From contig MU054212.1 in NCBI GenBank assembly GCA_013239625.1, positions 7,476,270-7,540,269 of the forward strand: DNA of 64,000 nucleotides. The letters run 5' to 3'. How positions within the stretch are numbered: the first letter of the stretch is position 1; each line of letters starts with the position of its first letter. The translations under genes were made by a program, and so were the position numbers. The notes under the pieces were generated by a model, which saw nothing but the letters and a program-made list of their open reading frames with translations, searched no databases and was not told the DNA's origin. Of this stretch, positions 49,419 through 63,335 are shown in pieces. The DNA comes from Lama guanicoe (lineage: Eukaryota).

Positions 49419-51199
49419 TCCATTTTCTCTCTCCAGCATCAATGTCTGGAGCCTTGAGGTTTCACAGTGGGGGAGGGGATATGCTAACATAAGCAAATCC
49501 TTGCAGCCACATTTTGCATACATATATTAGCCAGAGAATCATCACAATAAGCATTCATCATTTAGAAAAATAATCATCAGTGCAATTTAAGTGCCTTTGC
49601 AACAGCAAAAGAGAGCTAGTATTAGGTCATACTGTGCGAGGGCAGATTTTATACATTCTTTTCAAACACAGCAGTCATATTTTTGGAAAATAATTAACAT
49701 ATACATTATTACATATTTTAAACAGTCATTAAGGCATTTTAATTGCCCTAATTGTGTCCTATTGGTACCAATCATTTTTCTTCAGAAACATTCCTGTGGT
49801 TCAAACACGTCCATTTCTTTCTTTGGAAGGAAAGGACACAGAGCTAGGAAAGTCTTTCCCTCTCAGCAGCCGAGGTTCAGTTCACTAAACCACCGTGAGT
49901 GAATATGTCACCCAGGGAGTCATCCAAACTGTCCTTTGGACTCCTCAATTTCCCCATTATCATTTCTGCATCTCAGTCCTTTCTATCCGGAGCAGCAATT
50001 ACTAAGCACCACCCCTCCCCCACACGAAGCTGTGATGACTCCCCTTTGCGGCTGAAGCATCTCCTCTTTCCCAAGAGGGAGAACAGGACCTTATGGAAGC
50101 TGCTGTCACTCAGAGGTGAGGGGATCTATAGATTAGACGAACTCAATGTCCTGCTGGTCTTCTAGGAAAATCACCGCACTAGCTTTGGTTATTTCTCATT
50201 TATCACCCAAATGCGTATGACATGCTTTAAGATTTTAACTAGAACATCAATACTGCAAATAATGCATGTATTTATATTAGTAATTCATATAAAATGGACA
50301 AGGCATTTTGAAACTCATTTTGATTTGCGTTTTTGATTTCTATCACAGTAAGAAATAGCAGTGAAATTTGTTTAGTGCGTGCCTTGGGATGTATCTCCAG
50401 GACACATACGTACTCACTTCACAGGTATTCCCCCAGGATCTTACTCCCCGAGCTTGTAGTGAAGATACATTTTCATAATTCAAAAAAATAATGGCACCTG
50501 TTTTCATTATGTTCAATTATTATCTAATTAGTAAAAGGCTATTTTTTTTCATTTTTCACTCTCATCTTCAGATAAACTGGATAAAATGCCAAAACATATA
50601 AACAACATATGGTTTACTTTCAAAATCAACCAACCAGAATGACTCACTGCTAAAGAATCTCTTAGCTAAAAAAATACGTTGAAGGAATAACTTCCTGCTC
50701 TAATAGCCAATGTTTACCATCTGCTATTCCTTTAAGACAAATTACCTGGAAATCAATCACGTTATATATTTCCCAGCTCCCCTGCCTCACCAAAGACAAT
50801 ATTATTTATTTTTAAGTTTTTGAGACAGGTCCTGCTGAAAGTGTCACAACTGAGATTTGAATTTTGAAAGTGAGTTATAACCAAGGAAGGTTATATGAAT
50901 GCTAGCAACCGCTACTGTTAAAAATTTAAGTTTATCATTATCTCCAACGGATTTTTTTTTTGAGCCCTTGTTTTTCAACATAATAATCAGTCTGTCTATT
51001 AAACTCTAACAATATATTTGTCTTAGAGGCAGTGGAGATACAGTAGGGGAGAGAATGGTCTTCTGACAACTCATTTTGAAAATGAACCCCAAGGAAGTTC
51101 TAAGGAAAGAGGCTGAAACAATGGCGCCCACAGCGAGGGGATCAAAGCGTCGGTCAAATCCATTTTTTTCTAACGAGCCCCCTTTTGTAGAAAGGCTTC

Positions 51200-51520
51200 A
51201 ATACAGCCCCTAGACTTTAGCTGATCACTGAGCACAGACTCCAATGACCAATTACATAACCAATCTCTCTGTGCCTCAGTTTCCTCGCTTTCAAAATGGG
51301 AAAAACAATAGCACAAGGGTACTTATCTCATGGAATCCTCATAAAAATTCAAAAAGTGAATATAAATAAAGTTCTCACAGGAGTTGCTAGCATAAAGATG
51401 CTACTTAAATGTTAGGTATTATTTAGGATTTGGAAGACAGGGACTAAATGCTATTCATTCCTGTTCCCCCATTTCTAACACAATGCCTGCTATAGGATAT
51501 GGACTCAATAAATGTACAAA
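51200..51520 (+). mobile_element. MIR SINE followed by L2 tail
   Basis: tctctgtgcctcagtttcctcgctttcaaaatgggaaaaacaatag...; then tctaacacaatgcctgctatagga...ctcaataaatg. Confidence 0.7.
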
Positions 51521-51809
51521 AATATTTTTCATATCACTTATATGACTCTAATATACAATAAAGCAAAGGGACCACATAATAACTAAGAATTCTAAAATAT
51601 ATCAGAAGAGAAATATAAATCTGTCTATATAGTTATTATAAGTTGATAAAGTTTAATAAAGACAGACGTATTCCAGGAATAAAGTTTCAAGTACGTCGCA
51701 TTCTTGCATACTAATTCTATTTTAAGAACTAAATGCTAGACATTAGCTACAGATTTCAACGAGCAGAATCGTCTTTGAATACACACATGATCCCTTTTGG
51801 TTTTACAAG

Positions 51810-52270
51810 AGAATGAGTTTCCACATATTTACAAAGCTGTTCAGCACCTGCTTTAGTGAAGATTTTATTCTGGGGGCTGGGATGCTAAGACTTAGATCTC
51901 TCCGAGCTCACAATATAATGCAGGAGACAGACATCTATTCAACACAGACTCTGTCTGCCAGGCACAGTTCTAGGTGCCGGAAATCCAACAACAAGCCAAA
52001 CAGAGAGAAATGCCTACCCTCAAGAAGTCCACCCCTGCTGTGTGTGTGGGGGGTGCCTGCGGCAAGAGTATGTTTGTCTTCCTACTGGAGAGGAAAATAA
52101 AGCCAGGTTGGGCGAGAGGAAGTACAGTGGACACAGGGACAAGATCATAATCATACATGTATCACACAAGTGGATAAGCACCATAAAAGGGCCACAAAGG
52201 ACCACGGGCAGTTATGAGAGGGACTGGCTAACTCTTCCCTAAGGAATCTGAGAAAGTTTCAAAGGGGGAG
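51810..52270 (-). mobile_element. L2 fragment(s)
   Basis: tgtctgccaggcacagttctaggtgccggaaat...tgcctaccctcaagaagtccac. Confidence 0.6.
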
Positions 52271-53059
52271 TGGTCAAATTCCAACCAGGAAATTTTAAAA
52301 TAAATATATCAAAGTTCTTGTTTGCCTATCAAATAGTATTTTTTTCCACATCATCTATATGAAATTAGTACCTGATACAGCAATGTGAATAAAAATACTA
52401 AAATATGTCAGAAGCCACATATAAATCTTCCTACTATTATAGGTTTACAATGTTCAAAAATATTGCTGTCAGTTAAAAAATATGTTATTCTAGCAGCTGA
52501 AATAATAGATAGTTGATCCATAAAAATAATTTCCCCTTTTTTTTAAAATTTCCCCTTATTTTGAAAACTACTGTCTTATTCTCCAAAGGTAAAAAAATAA
52601 CTGAAGAAATGTAATTGTAACTCTATTAGACTTTGTACAACAGAATAAATTCCAGATGGGCCAAAGACTTAAATTTTTTAAAAGAATAAAGTAAAAGTAT
52701 GGGAAGAAATTGATGTTAAAAACAATAAACATAGAGGAAAACAAATGTTGAAATATCTGCCAGATAAATGACACCCTGTTTGATCCAGTAATCTATAGAC
52801 ACCCGCACCCACTTTTAATTATTTATTAAACAATCATTCACTCAGAAGCAATCATAGGTCAGGTAAAGGGAATACAAAGAAAAATAAGATAGCCTGCCGT
52901 CTAGGAGTTTGTGATCTACCAGCAGAGACAGGTGCATAAGCCTTTACCACTCAGGGTGATGATGATGACGATAAAACTATGCTCAGAAAGTCATCAGAGG
53001 ACCTACGAGAGAACTCTGTCCTGGTACAAAAAGGTAGAGCTATGAAGTCATCTAAGGAG

Positions 53060-54350
53060 CAGGAATACAGCCATAATGAATCTTAGACTGGAGCAGGCCA
53101 ATGCTACCTCTGAAAATAACCAGAAAAGCTAATTGTAAAAAGTGTATACTTGAAATCTGTTTAAAGGCATCCAACAGCAACAGACATCCAGAATTTGAGA
53201 GCCTGAGAACCCTGAGAGAAGGAAATCAGACAACTGTGACCCAACCTTCTCTAAGCAACTTTACCCCTGAAGACAAACGTTGATTTCATGCGAAGAGAGA
53301 GACTGATAATATGAGCATATGTGGCTAAGAGGCAGAGAAGAGCGTAGAACTCTTGGAAATTTCTTAATGCTATAAAAAGGGGGGGAATTCAGATTTTAAA
53401 AGGTAGCCAGGGTTCGGAGCCAAGCGCCTAGGAGAGGGTGGGAGCATGAAGTGAGACCACGACTCAAGGTTTTGCCCTCAAGATTCTTGCCTGTTCTTGA
53501 GCTGCACAGAGCAAAAGGCAAAGAAGAGAGGCGGGAAACTGCTAAAAAAACCAAAACAAAACAAAAAAAAACAAAGCAATGTTTACTGTGGTTCCAGTTC
53601 TGGACTGAAAAGGCAAGGACCTGTAAGGAGGACGGGATTTTGTTAATAATCCAGGCTCTCTGTTGGGACGGACCTCTGGAAGGTGTGGTCCCAGGAGTGG
53701 AGGAAAAACAGATGCAAAAGGAAGTTTATTATAAGAACTGAAACGCAGCATCAAATCAGCTCAATAGCTGATCAGATTCAGATGGCCTCTGTGTCCTCCT
53801 CTGTCCTCAGGAAATAAGGGGAACTCTCCCTGAGCCACACAGCATTTCTGAGACCCTCTTCTATTTTTCATACACAATACCTAGAATTTAATTTTAAAAA
53901 TTACAAGGCCTGCCAAGAAACAGAATCAAGGCAGGTAGAAATTATACAAAAACAGACAGTAGAAAGAAACACAGATAACCCAGCTGTTGGTGTCAGAAAC
54001 AAATCTTACAACAACCACCATTCTTCTTATATTTAAGGAAATGGACGAAAAGAGGTGAGATTTCACCAGAGTCGGAATTTATAAAACAGAATCAAAAGGA
54101 AATTTGAGAATTTTTAAACACTAGATAATTGAAATCAGGCATTTATGATTGGCTTTACAGATGATAACAGTTGAAGAGAAAAGAAGAGAGAATGTGAATT
54201 GGAATACAGATCAGCAGAGGATACCCAGGTGGCAACACTGAGTTGAGTGCATGACAAATAGAGAAAAGAGAATGAGGAACATGTAGGAAACAGGAAAATG
54301 ATTGTATGGTTGATGTGCTGGTAAATAACAACTCGTTCCTCCAAAACAGT
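53060..54350 (+). mobile_element. Ancient L1 (L1ME/HAL1-like) 5' and ORF1-region fragment
   Basis: ctgaaaataaccagaaaagct...tgtttaaaggcatc...; gatttcaccagag...gaatcaaaaggaaatt...gataattgaaat, with A-rich ORF1-like composition. Confidence 0.5.
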
Positions 54351-54983
54351 ATACATGTATTACGTATTTCACTGATAGAAAAATGTGTAACATACAACTT
54401 ATACATAATAATAAAATACACAATATTTTCTATTGTAAATTCCATGTAGCAAAGTGACTCTCTGAAAACTTGGCTTTCCATCAATTTCAGGATGAAGTTC
54501 AACCCCCTCATCATAGCCTAGCACGTGCTAGAAATCACCTTGTGTATTTACAACATACCTGTATGTACACTAGTACACGCCAGATGCTTGACAGAATTTA
54601 ATCCTCACAGCAACTCTCTGAGATAGAATGTCCTCATTTTATAACATACCTCTGGACCACAGCCTTGGCTTCCTCTTCAGCCTTCTTTCTTAACACTTAG
54701 CAAAAGGGGCTGGACTCTCATCTCCTATGAAGTTACTGGAAGTTCTTAGAACACAGCAAGCTCTCCTCTGACACCACGTCTTGTGCATGTCTCATGCTTG
54801 ATCTCTCTCTCTCTGCCTGGTGTACCCTTCTGTTCCTCCTTCATTGGCTAATTCTGATTTTTCTTTTAAGGCCTAGTTCAGCATCCTCTTGTTCTTGGAA
54901 GTCTTGCCCGAGTACCTCTAGACACTCAAATGTCCTTTTTCAGTGTTTCCACAGTATCCCGTACATATTCCTGCCTCCTGGGA

Positions 54984-55530
54984 TTGTTAGTTATTTAAAA
55001 TGGCCCCAAATGACTTGTGCGTCCTGTAATTTTCCCCTTGTGAAATACCCTCCCTGAATCTGGGCTGGCCTGGGACACACTTTCACCAGGAGAACAGAGA
55101 GGAAGTGACCCTTTGGAAGCTCAGGACTTTCCCTTTAAGAAGGCCTGTCTGTTTCTACTTTTGTACGTTGTGGACCCTTGAACTATCAAGTAAGAAGTCT
55201 TACTGCCTGTTGGAAGAATCAGGTGGAAAAATCAAGGGTAGAACTACATGGAGGCCACAAGGAGAAGAGGAGGTCCTGACACATGGAGTGAAAAAGGCTG
55301 TCCAGTGACCCAGTGTCTCAGCTGAAACGAGCCTCCAGCCTTTCCCCACCACTTCTGATGGTCCAGCCCACCAAGTGCTCGGACCACTGCAGTCCTAGCC
55401 AACATCAGGAAAAGCAGAGGCACTCCCAGCCAAGCTGTCAACCCACAGAACCATGAAAGAACAAAATGGTATTGTTGTAAGCAATTACGCTTTGAGGTGA
55501 CATTTTTATGCAGAGATATTTAACCAGAAT
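54984..55530 (+). mobile_element. MLT1 (G/H-like) MaLR LTR nested in an L2
   Basis: aatggccccaaatga...ctccctgaatctgggctggcc...gaagtgac...caacccacagaaccatga...ttgttgtaagcaattacgctttgaggtg...tatgcagagata..taaccagaa. L2-like sequence lies on both sides (54650-54980 and 55530-55665). Confidence 0.8.
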
Positions 55531-55739
55531 ACCCTGTCCCCCAGTTTCTGAGCAGCTTGAGAGTGGAATCTGCACTCTATCCACCCCTGCACCCACCACC
55601 ACTGGAACAATACTTTTGGACAGAATGGTTTATCAATACATGTTTGCTAAGTTGAATTAATAAATTCAGTTCCCCTCAATTTGATATGTGAACCACTCCC
55701 GCCACAAACTCTGTTGTTAAACTTTTATTTTGAACCAGA

Positions 55740-56072
55740 TTTTGTAATATTGATTTATATAGCTGGGAACTCCAATTATTTCTGTACCAAATGGATTACA
55801 CTATTTACATGTCCCCACCCCATTGCCTAACCTCTCCCTCACTACTTTATTTTTCCTTTGCATTTATTTCTCATCAAAATATTATATGTTACTAATTGAT
55901 GGTATTTACTGTCAGTCTCCCCCATGCCACACCTTTCTATCATTAAAATATGTGTCAGGAGGACAAAGGGAAAGTGTTTTCTGTTTTTGCTGTTTGGCTT
56001 ACTGGTATCTCCCAAGTACCTAGAAAAATGCCTAATGACAGCCAGATGCACACGATTTGTTGGTTGAATTAG
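55740..56072 (+). mobile_element. L2 3' fragment
   Basis: ctggtatctcccaagtacctagaaaaatgcctaa...atttgttggttgaatt. Confidence 0.6.
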
Positions 56073-56983
56073 TTTGTCATTTTAGGAGGAAATGAACATA
56101 TTCATGAGCCACACTGTAGAGAAAAGAACTCAGAGAAGGCATATAGTTGGTGTCTAAGGAGGAGGACTTCATGATTCGAGAGCAAGACATTTTACTTCTC
56201 TGTGTTTTGGCAATTATTTCAGAAGGAAAGTTTGGTGGAAATGAGATAAATGTATGTGGAACACTGTGACCTCCTCAGAACAAAGGTGCTACACAGATGC
56301 AGGAAGATACCACATTCCGCCTTGCTGCATGACTGATTCCAAATTGCAAAGGTATTTCTAGATATTTAGTATTTTTTTTTCTTCTTCAGAAAACAGAGCC
56401 TCAAATTAACTTAGAGGGATATACAAGGCTGTCATGCTCTAAGTGACCCAAGTTTCACACAAAAAGAAATTCTAAGATGTCTTATAAAAGAAAAAGCAGC
56501 TTCATGCTATCATGTAGCAATCCCTTACATGTATTATATGATATTAAATTATCAGACTATATTTAAGGGCTAGCAGTATATACGTATCTTTAGCTTAGTC
56601 ACTAGTTCATAACCGGTATTTGAAAGATGCCTGCTGAATTACTGCTGGATGAACAAACACTAATCTTACATACAATAATTTTAGTAATAGCATGCGTTAG
56701 TAAGACAATAATGTTGTCTCACTGGTGTTCTTCAAGATATGGTAAATTAGAAAAGTTCAACGAGGTATGATTACCAACACTCTAATCCAATAGCCCTAGC
56801 TTTACAGGGAGACAAGAGGACTATTAGTGTCTTACACTGCCCATTACAGCAGTTCTAAGCAGAAACAGCTCAAGAGCTCTTTTGAAGAATACCATATGCA
56901 CAAGATGATTTTACGAGACAGTGGCCAAGGCATTAAAATGTTATGGCAAGAAGGTTGACCAGTAGTCTAGCTAAACACATCAA

Positions 56984-56987
56984 CACC

Positions 56988-57019
<32 letters not shown>
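56984..57019. repeat. Compound (CAC)n(CAT)n trinucleotide repeat
   Basis: caccaccaccaccaccaccatcatcatcatcatcat. Confidence 0.9.
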
Positions 57020-59767
57020 TTTTCAAGACACATATCCAGCCCTACTAGAGTTACACTGTTGGGCTGATTATAAAGTTGGCTTAGCGAAGGTACATTTTTT
57101 TTGTTTTCATCAGCTCTACACTAGTGTAATGATAACTCCTAAGAACCATGCACAAATGAAGGAAAAGAAAGTATAGCCAGTTCAATGTAACATCTACAGT
57201 TCATTTTATTTATGCATCATATAATATTTTTAGTCAGCTGTATTTATAAATTCATTGATGTAAAGAGACCATGTCTTAAATATCTGTTGTATCCTACAGC
57301 ATTTAAAAAGAGTGAACAGTTAGTAAACAGTTACCATTGTTTAACATGTCCCTCCAGATCTGTTAAGAGAAATTAACTCTTGCTTCAATTATGAAAGGAA
57401 GTAAGCCTGTATTTTTTAGAATGATACACGCTAGAAAAAAACATTAAGTCTACCATGATGGGCAAAAAGTAAAGCAGAAGCATAGAAAGAAGAGACATAA
57501 GGACAAAACTGGATGAGGCAAGGGAAATGGAAAAACAAAGAAAATGAGGAATTAAAATAAGAAATGGCAAATATCAAAACCTGGAATATTTATAAGTAAC
57601 ACAGAGATATAATTGAAGGGAAAAAAAAGAAGAAGAGCTGTAGAAGTCTCACAGAAGAGAGGATGAAAGATAAGAGTTAAGTATTTTAGAGAAATACAGA
57701 AATAAAGCACTGCGTGATGGATCTTAAATCACAATTAAACACATGAGCCTCACCTGAGGGGCAAGGAGGGGGTGTGGCAGAATTTCAACAAGCATGAATC
57801 CTTCCCAAAGAAGCCTCTGCTAGAATATTATAAATTCTCTAAAGATATAAAGCATGATCTTCTCTTCATAAATATGTAAGACACTGGAATAGCAATCCAC
57901 TATTTCCATCCCATTCCTCATCTGAAGTGTTCAAAATTTCTAAAAGACAAGTTTAATCTAGTTTGTAGGTAGAATGTGTCAAAGGAAAGATCAACTGATT
58001 ATCTGACTTTAAAAAACAGTAATAATACATTAAATTTCACTCAAATGTCCATTTTATATATCCATGCATATATATCCATATCAAAATTAAAATAGGCAGT
58101 TGAATGGAAATACGTCCATATTATACCATAGAAAGAAGTCATTTGGACTTTGACCCAAGCAAGTAGAAAGCAATAGTGCATATTCACCTAAGAAATTTAA
58201 CTATACCTGGAATGAAATGTTTGGAAAATCTGAAGTCAATCCAAATCACAAACCAAAGAGATTGCCAATTTATGCAACTAGTTGGTCACCATTAAATGTG
58301 TCATACAAAATGCCATTCATCATTTAATCACCTGTGTATCCTAGAATTAGGAAGAGAACTTACTGATACTGTATTGCCTTTTCTATCAGTACTAAATCCC
58401 TGCTTCTGAGCAGAGGGGAAGATAACTTTTACCTTCTCACTCAGTCCTCCATCACTTGTACTCCTGGGTGAGGTATAGAGAAAAGATGAATCACTGAACC
58501 CAAATGAACAGAGAAAGGAAATCACAGTCACATCTTAACCTGACTCAACAGAAGTGATCAGACGGTGGGAAATGAAGCTGAAAGACAAACAAACCTTGAC
58601 ACTGGGAACAGCATGTAAAACCACCAGCCAAAGGTTTTAGGGAAATGGCTCCCTTACAGGGGTAAACACTGGACAAATATTTCATTTCCCAAAATAAGAC
58701 GCACTTTCAGTCTTTACTAGCCTGTTACTCAATGTCCTAGACTTTAACCATTAACTATATTTTTTCCTGTCATTGACTCCCCAAATTAAAGATACATGTG
58801 GAATTATTTATATCAGAATTTGGCAATCTTTAACTGACCATGGAAATTGTACTACAGGAGAAAAACGAGAGTAGGTATTAAAATGAAGAAACAGATTGAG
58901 GCCTTTTCTCTTGAACTTCTAGTATATTACTAAAGTCATCTCTTCAGTCTGACCTTTCACATCTCTTAAGCTGGCACACAAGAAAACTACTCCTTCTGTC
59001 TCCCTTCTGCCCAAAGAAAATAATGTCTATAAATGCACTTGCAACAAAATATAAACAAACATCATCGCTTCCAGATATTATGTATTGCTTTATTTATTAT
59101 TATATGAAGATGGTTATTATGGTTAAACTAATATACAGGAAACAACTCTGTTTATGCAGTCAGAAACTGACATTTTTTTCTTCCTTGCCTTATACTGACT
59201 GGTATGACTCAATGGTTCTTGTGTTTAGAAAGAGTTAGCAATTATGAGACACAAAGACCATTGTATAAAGTCAAGTACAAACTATCCAACACAATCAGCA
59301 CACTGACAACCTATGAAACACAAAATATATTTACTCTTTTACTGGTGCAAGATGGGCATTACTGAAGGATCAAATGAGCCCAAGGGAAATGAAGCAGACA
59401 TATTGGACTCAACAGTCTATCCTTAGCCAGCTTCTCTTATTTGTTGAAATTTTAACGAAGCAAGTGAAAAAATAAAGAAAAAAGAAGGCTACAACACAGA
59501 ATTATCATCAACGCCCTATGTAAATTATATTAGACTGTTTATACTCAATGACTAGCATTGTATGGACTGTATATAGCCCCAAGACACATGTCCTTTCCTC
59601 CCTCCACATATATTACAATATCAGAAAAACCTTTGAACCTGTAACCTCCATTCAGAAGTTCAACTAAAAGTGGTGTCAGTGGAAATATGAGTATGATATT
59701 TAATCATTCATACAGAAAACTGTTTTTGAAGATCAGATGCTGAAGGATATTTTATTCTGGTAGATTA

Positions 59768-59925
59768 GCATGGATGATGGATGTTCTCTAAATTTACTGT
59801 GATAATCATCTTATAATGTATGTAAGTCAAATCATAATGCTTCACCTTAAATTTATAAAGTGCTTTATGTCAATCATATCTTGACAAAATGCGTAGAAAA
59901 GAAAATAAAACATTCAAGTCTTTGG
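59768..59925 (+). mobile_element. L1 3' end fragment
   Basis: gatgatggatgtt...tgtgataatcat...tgtatgtaagtcaaatcataatgct..accttaaatttata..gtgctttatgtcaatcatatct. Confidence 0.75.
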
Positions 59926-59929
59926 AAAG

Positions 59930-62605
59930 AAAAGAAATTATACAAATTCTTATAATCTCTTTCAAAGGATAGAAACTGTGGCAATACTTCTTAATTCATT
60001 CTATGAGCTCAGCATTATCCTTTTGCCCAAATCAGACAAAAGCATTAAATGAAAACTACTCATCAATATCTCTCATGAATACAGATGCAACAAAATACTG
60101 GCAAATCAAATCCCCCCAAAAGGTATAAAAATAATTTTACACCATGACCAAGTAAAATTTGTCCCTGGTATGCAAATATAGTTCTACATCACAAGGTCAA
60201 TAAATGTAGTCTATGACATCAACTGATTTTTAAAATTATGTCTATTATATCAACTGATTTTTAAAATTACATGATCATATCAATGAAAGAACAAAAAGCT
60301 GACAAAATCCAAATCCCATTCATGATAAAACCTCAATAAACTAGGAATAGGGGGGCACTTTCTCAACCTGATAAAATCATCTACAAAAAAACCCACAGCT
60401 AACATCATACTTAATGGTGTAAAATTCAAAGCTTTCTCATAAGATCAGATACAAGGCAAGAAAGCCCTCACTTTTCTTTTCCTTTCCTAGTTAATACAAT
60501 AAGGCAAGGCAAGGAAGTAAAATATACACATATTGGGAAGGAAGATATAAAACTGTCTGCTTACAGATAACATGTCTGTGTATGTAGAAAATCTGAAGAT
60601 TTGACCAAAAAACTCCTAGAACTAATGAGTGATTATAGAAAGGTTGTAGGATACAAGGTTAATACACAAAAGTCAATTGCTTTCCTATATACCAACAATG
60701 AATAAAGGGAATTTGAAATTAAAAATGTAATATCCATCTCTCAAAATGAAATACTAAGGAATATATCTAGCAATATACGTACAATATCTGAGTAAGAAAA
60801 ACTACAAAACTCTGATGAAAAATATCAAAGAAAGGACTAAGTAAACGGAGAGATATTCCATGTTCATGGATAGGAAGACTCAATACTGTGAAGATGCCAG
60901 TTTCCCAAAATTGATCTATAGGTTCAATTTAATCCCATTCAAAATTTACATAGAAAGGCAAAAGACTCAGAATAACCAATACAACATTGAAGAAGAATAA
61001 AACATTAGAAAACATTATCCAAGTGAAAGATTTATACTGTAAGTCCGCAGTATTCAAGACATTGTGGTATTGGCCAAAGATCAGATACATAGATCAACAG
61101 AAGAGAATGGAGAGCCCAGAAATAGACCCACATGAATATAGTCAAGTGATCTTTAATAAAGGAGTAAAGGCAATACAATGAAACAAAGACAGTTTCTTCA
61201 ACAAATGGTGCTGGAACAGCTAGACATTCACATGTAAAAAAAAAATCTAGGCACATTACTTACACCTGGCACAAAAATTAAAACTCAAAATGGATCATAG
61301 ACTTAAATGTAAATCAAAAACTAGAAAATTCCCTAGGAAGAAACCTAGATGTCCTTGGGTCTGGTGATGACTTTTCAGATAAAACATCAAAGACATGACC
61401 CATAAAATAAATAATTATAAGCGGGACTTCATAAAATGAAAATTTTCTTCTCTGCAAAAGATGGTATCAAGAGAATGAGATGACAAGCTACAGGCTGGGA
61501 GAAAACACTTGCAAAAAAAGATAGAGGACAGTTATCCAAAATATACAAAGAACTCTTAAAACTCAACAGTATGAAAGCAACTCAATTTAAAAAATAGGTC
61601 AAAGATATTAACTGATGTGTCAGCAAAGAAGATACATGGATGGCAAGCAAGCGTATGAAAAAATGCTCCAAATCTGTGTCATTAAGGAAATGCAAATTAA
61701 AACGAGCCACCACTACATACCTATTAGAATGGCCAAAATCCAGAACACCAGCATCACCAAATGCTGGTGAGGATATGGAGCAACAAGAACACTCCTTCAC
61801 GTTGGTGAGAATGCAAACTGGTACAGCCACTTTGGAAGAGAGTTTGGTGGTTTCTTAGAAACTGAACATACTCTTACCATACAATCCAGAAATCATGCTA
61901 CTTACTATTGACCCAAAGGAGTTGAAGATTCACGTCCACACAAAAATCTGTGTATAGGTGTTTATAGTAGCTTTGTTCATAATTGCCAAACTTGGAAGCA
62001 ACCAGACGCCCTTCAATAGGTGGATGGATAAATAAACCGTGGTACACTCAGACAATGAAATTTTGTTCCACGACAAAAATAAAGGAGCTATTGAAGCCAT
62101 GAAAAGGTGTGGAGAAATCTTAAATGCATATTATCAAGTGAATGAAGCCAATCTGAAAACACGACATACTGAATGATTTCATTTATATGGCATTCTGGAA
62201 AAAATAAAACTAGGTAGATAATAAAAAGATCAGTCGACTCCAGGGGTGAGGAGGGAGAGACATGAAAAAGCAGAGCAGTGAGGATTTTTGCCGGAGTTAA
62301 AATACTCTGTATGATATTATAATGATGGGTGTATACCATTATATATGTATCAAAACCCACAAAGTGTGTAACATTAAGAGTAAACCCTAAGGTATATTAT
62401 AAACTTTGGGTAAATATGATGAGTCAATGTAGGCTCATCTTTGGGTTAAAAAAAAAAGTGTCATTCTGGTGATTTTAATAATGTGGAGGCCATGAATGTT
62501 TTGGGGGCAGGAGGTATTTGGAAAAGTACTGTACCTCCCTCTTAAGTTTGTTGTAAACCTAAAACCACTCCAAAAATATTTTTAAAATAAGACATAAAAA
62601 ATAAA
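59930..62605 (+). mobile_element. L1MC1-like element: degraded ORF2 (RT to C-terminus) plus 3' UTR
   Basis: Frames read ...YCKSAVFKTLWYWPKIRYIDQQKRMESPEIDPHEYSQVIFNKG and MKKCSKSVSLRKCKLK. The UTR reads aagccaatctgaaaa...cattctggaaaaa...gaggatttttg...ttgtaaacctaaaaccactc. Confidence 0.9.
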
Positions 62606-63189
62606 GTTTTTGTATTGAGTTTTCAGGAAAAAAAAAAGCTCTAGCAAAATCATTTTATTTTAAAATTTTTGAAGCAGGAAAGCAGCAACTAGTCATGTTC
62701 CTCTTATCTGTCAGAAGTACATGTTTTTTTTTAATAGCTTTTAAAATAATGTACCCTATGAAACCTAGGAAATCCAAGTTCTTATATAGTTCTACTCACC
62801 TCAACTGATAAAACTTTTAATTACCAGTTTTTACAGTAGTCATTCTTTCCTGGCTTATCTAACTTTATAAGCAATATTTTATAAATTATGAGACTAACTG
62901 AAGCATGAAGAGTCATTAAAGTGTATTTTATAATAGGGGATGGAGGAGCGCAGGTTTCATAGCCCACGAAAGATTGATTTTTCTCAGGCACCACAAATTT
63001 TAAAAAGAGTAGAACACAGTATAATAAACACATAGATATTTTTTCAGACTTTTCCCTTTTAGTTATTAAATAATATTAATGAAAATGTTCCTTTCTTAAA
63101 AGAGAGTTTGTATTTCTGATTTTCCTTCTTTAAAAAAAAGCAGTTTTAATGGTCCATACTTCCTCTCATATATATGATTTAGTGTTTTA

Positions 63190-63335
63190 TTTTATATCAT
63201 ATAAAATATGATTTCTTTTGTTAGAATATAAATCCCAAGGCAAGAGGTATCTTGTCTTTCTTGTTCATTGCTATGGTCCTAGCAGTAAAAAGTGTCTGGC
63301 TCCTAGTAAGGGCTTAATAATTAAGGAATAGATAA
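63190..63335 (+). mobile_element. L2 3' end
   Basis: ttagaatataaatcccaaggcaagaggtatcttgtc...ttgttcattgctat...cctagc...gtgtctggctcctagtaagggcttaataa. Confidence 0.7.

Noticed and set aside
51121..51140. CTCF-like site (tggcgccccacagcgagg), and a similar one near 43505
   Set aside because: Only half of the core motif matches, which is too weak to call without ChIP data.
56943..57176. ORF with poly-Thr/poly-Ile; also repeat-rich ORFs at 26246-26612 and 36939-37217
   Set aside because: These are translations of (CAC)n(CAT)n, (GGAA)n and (GT)n microsatellites.
59930..62605. Active L1 or functional reverse transcriptase
   Set aside because: ORF2 is broken into short frames by many stops and frameshifts, with no ORF1 or promoter attached.
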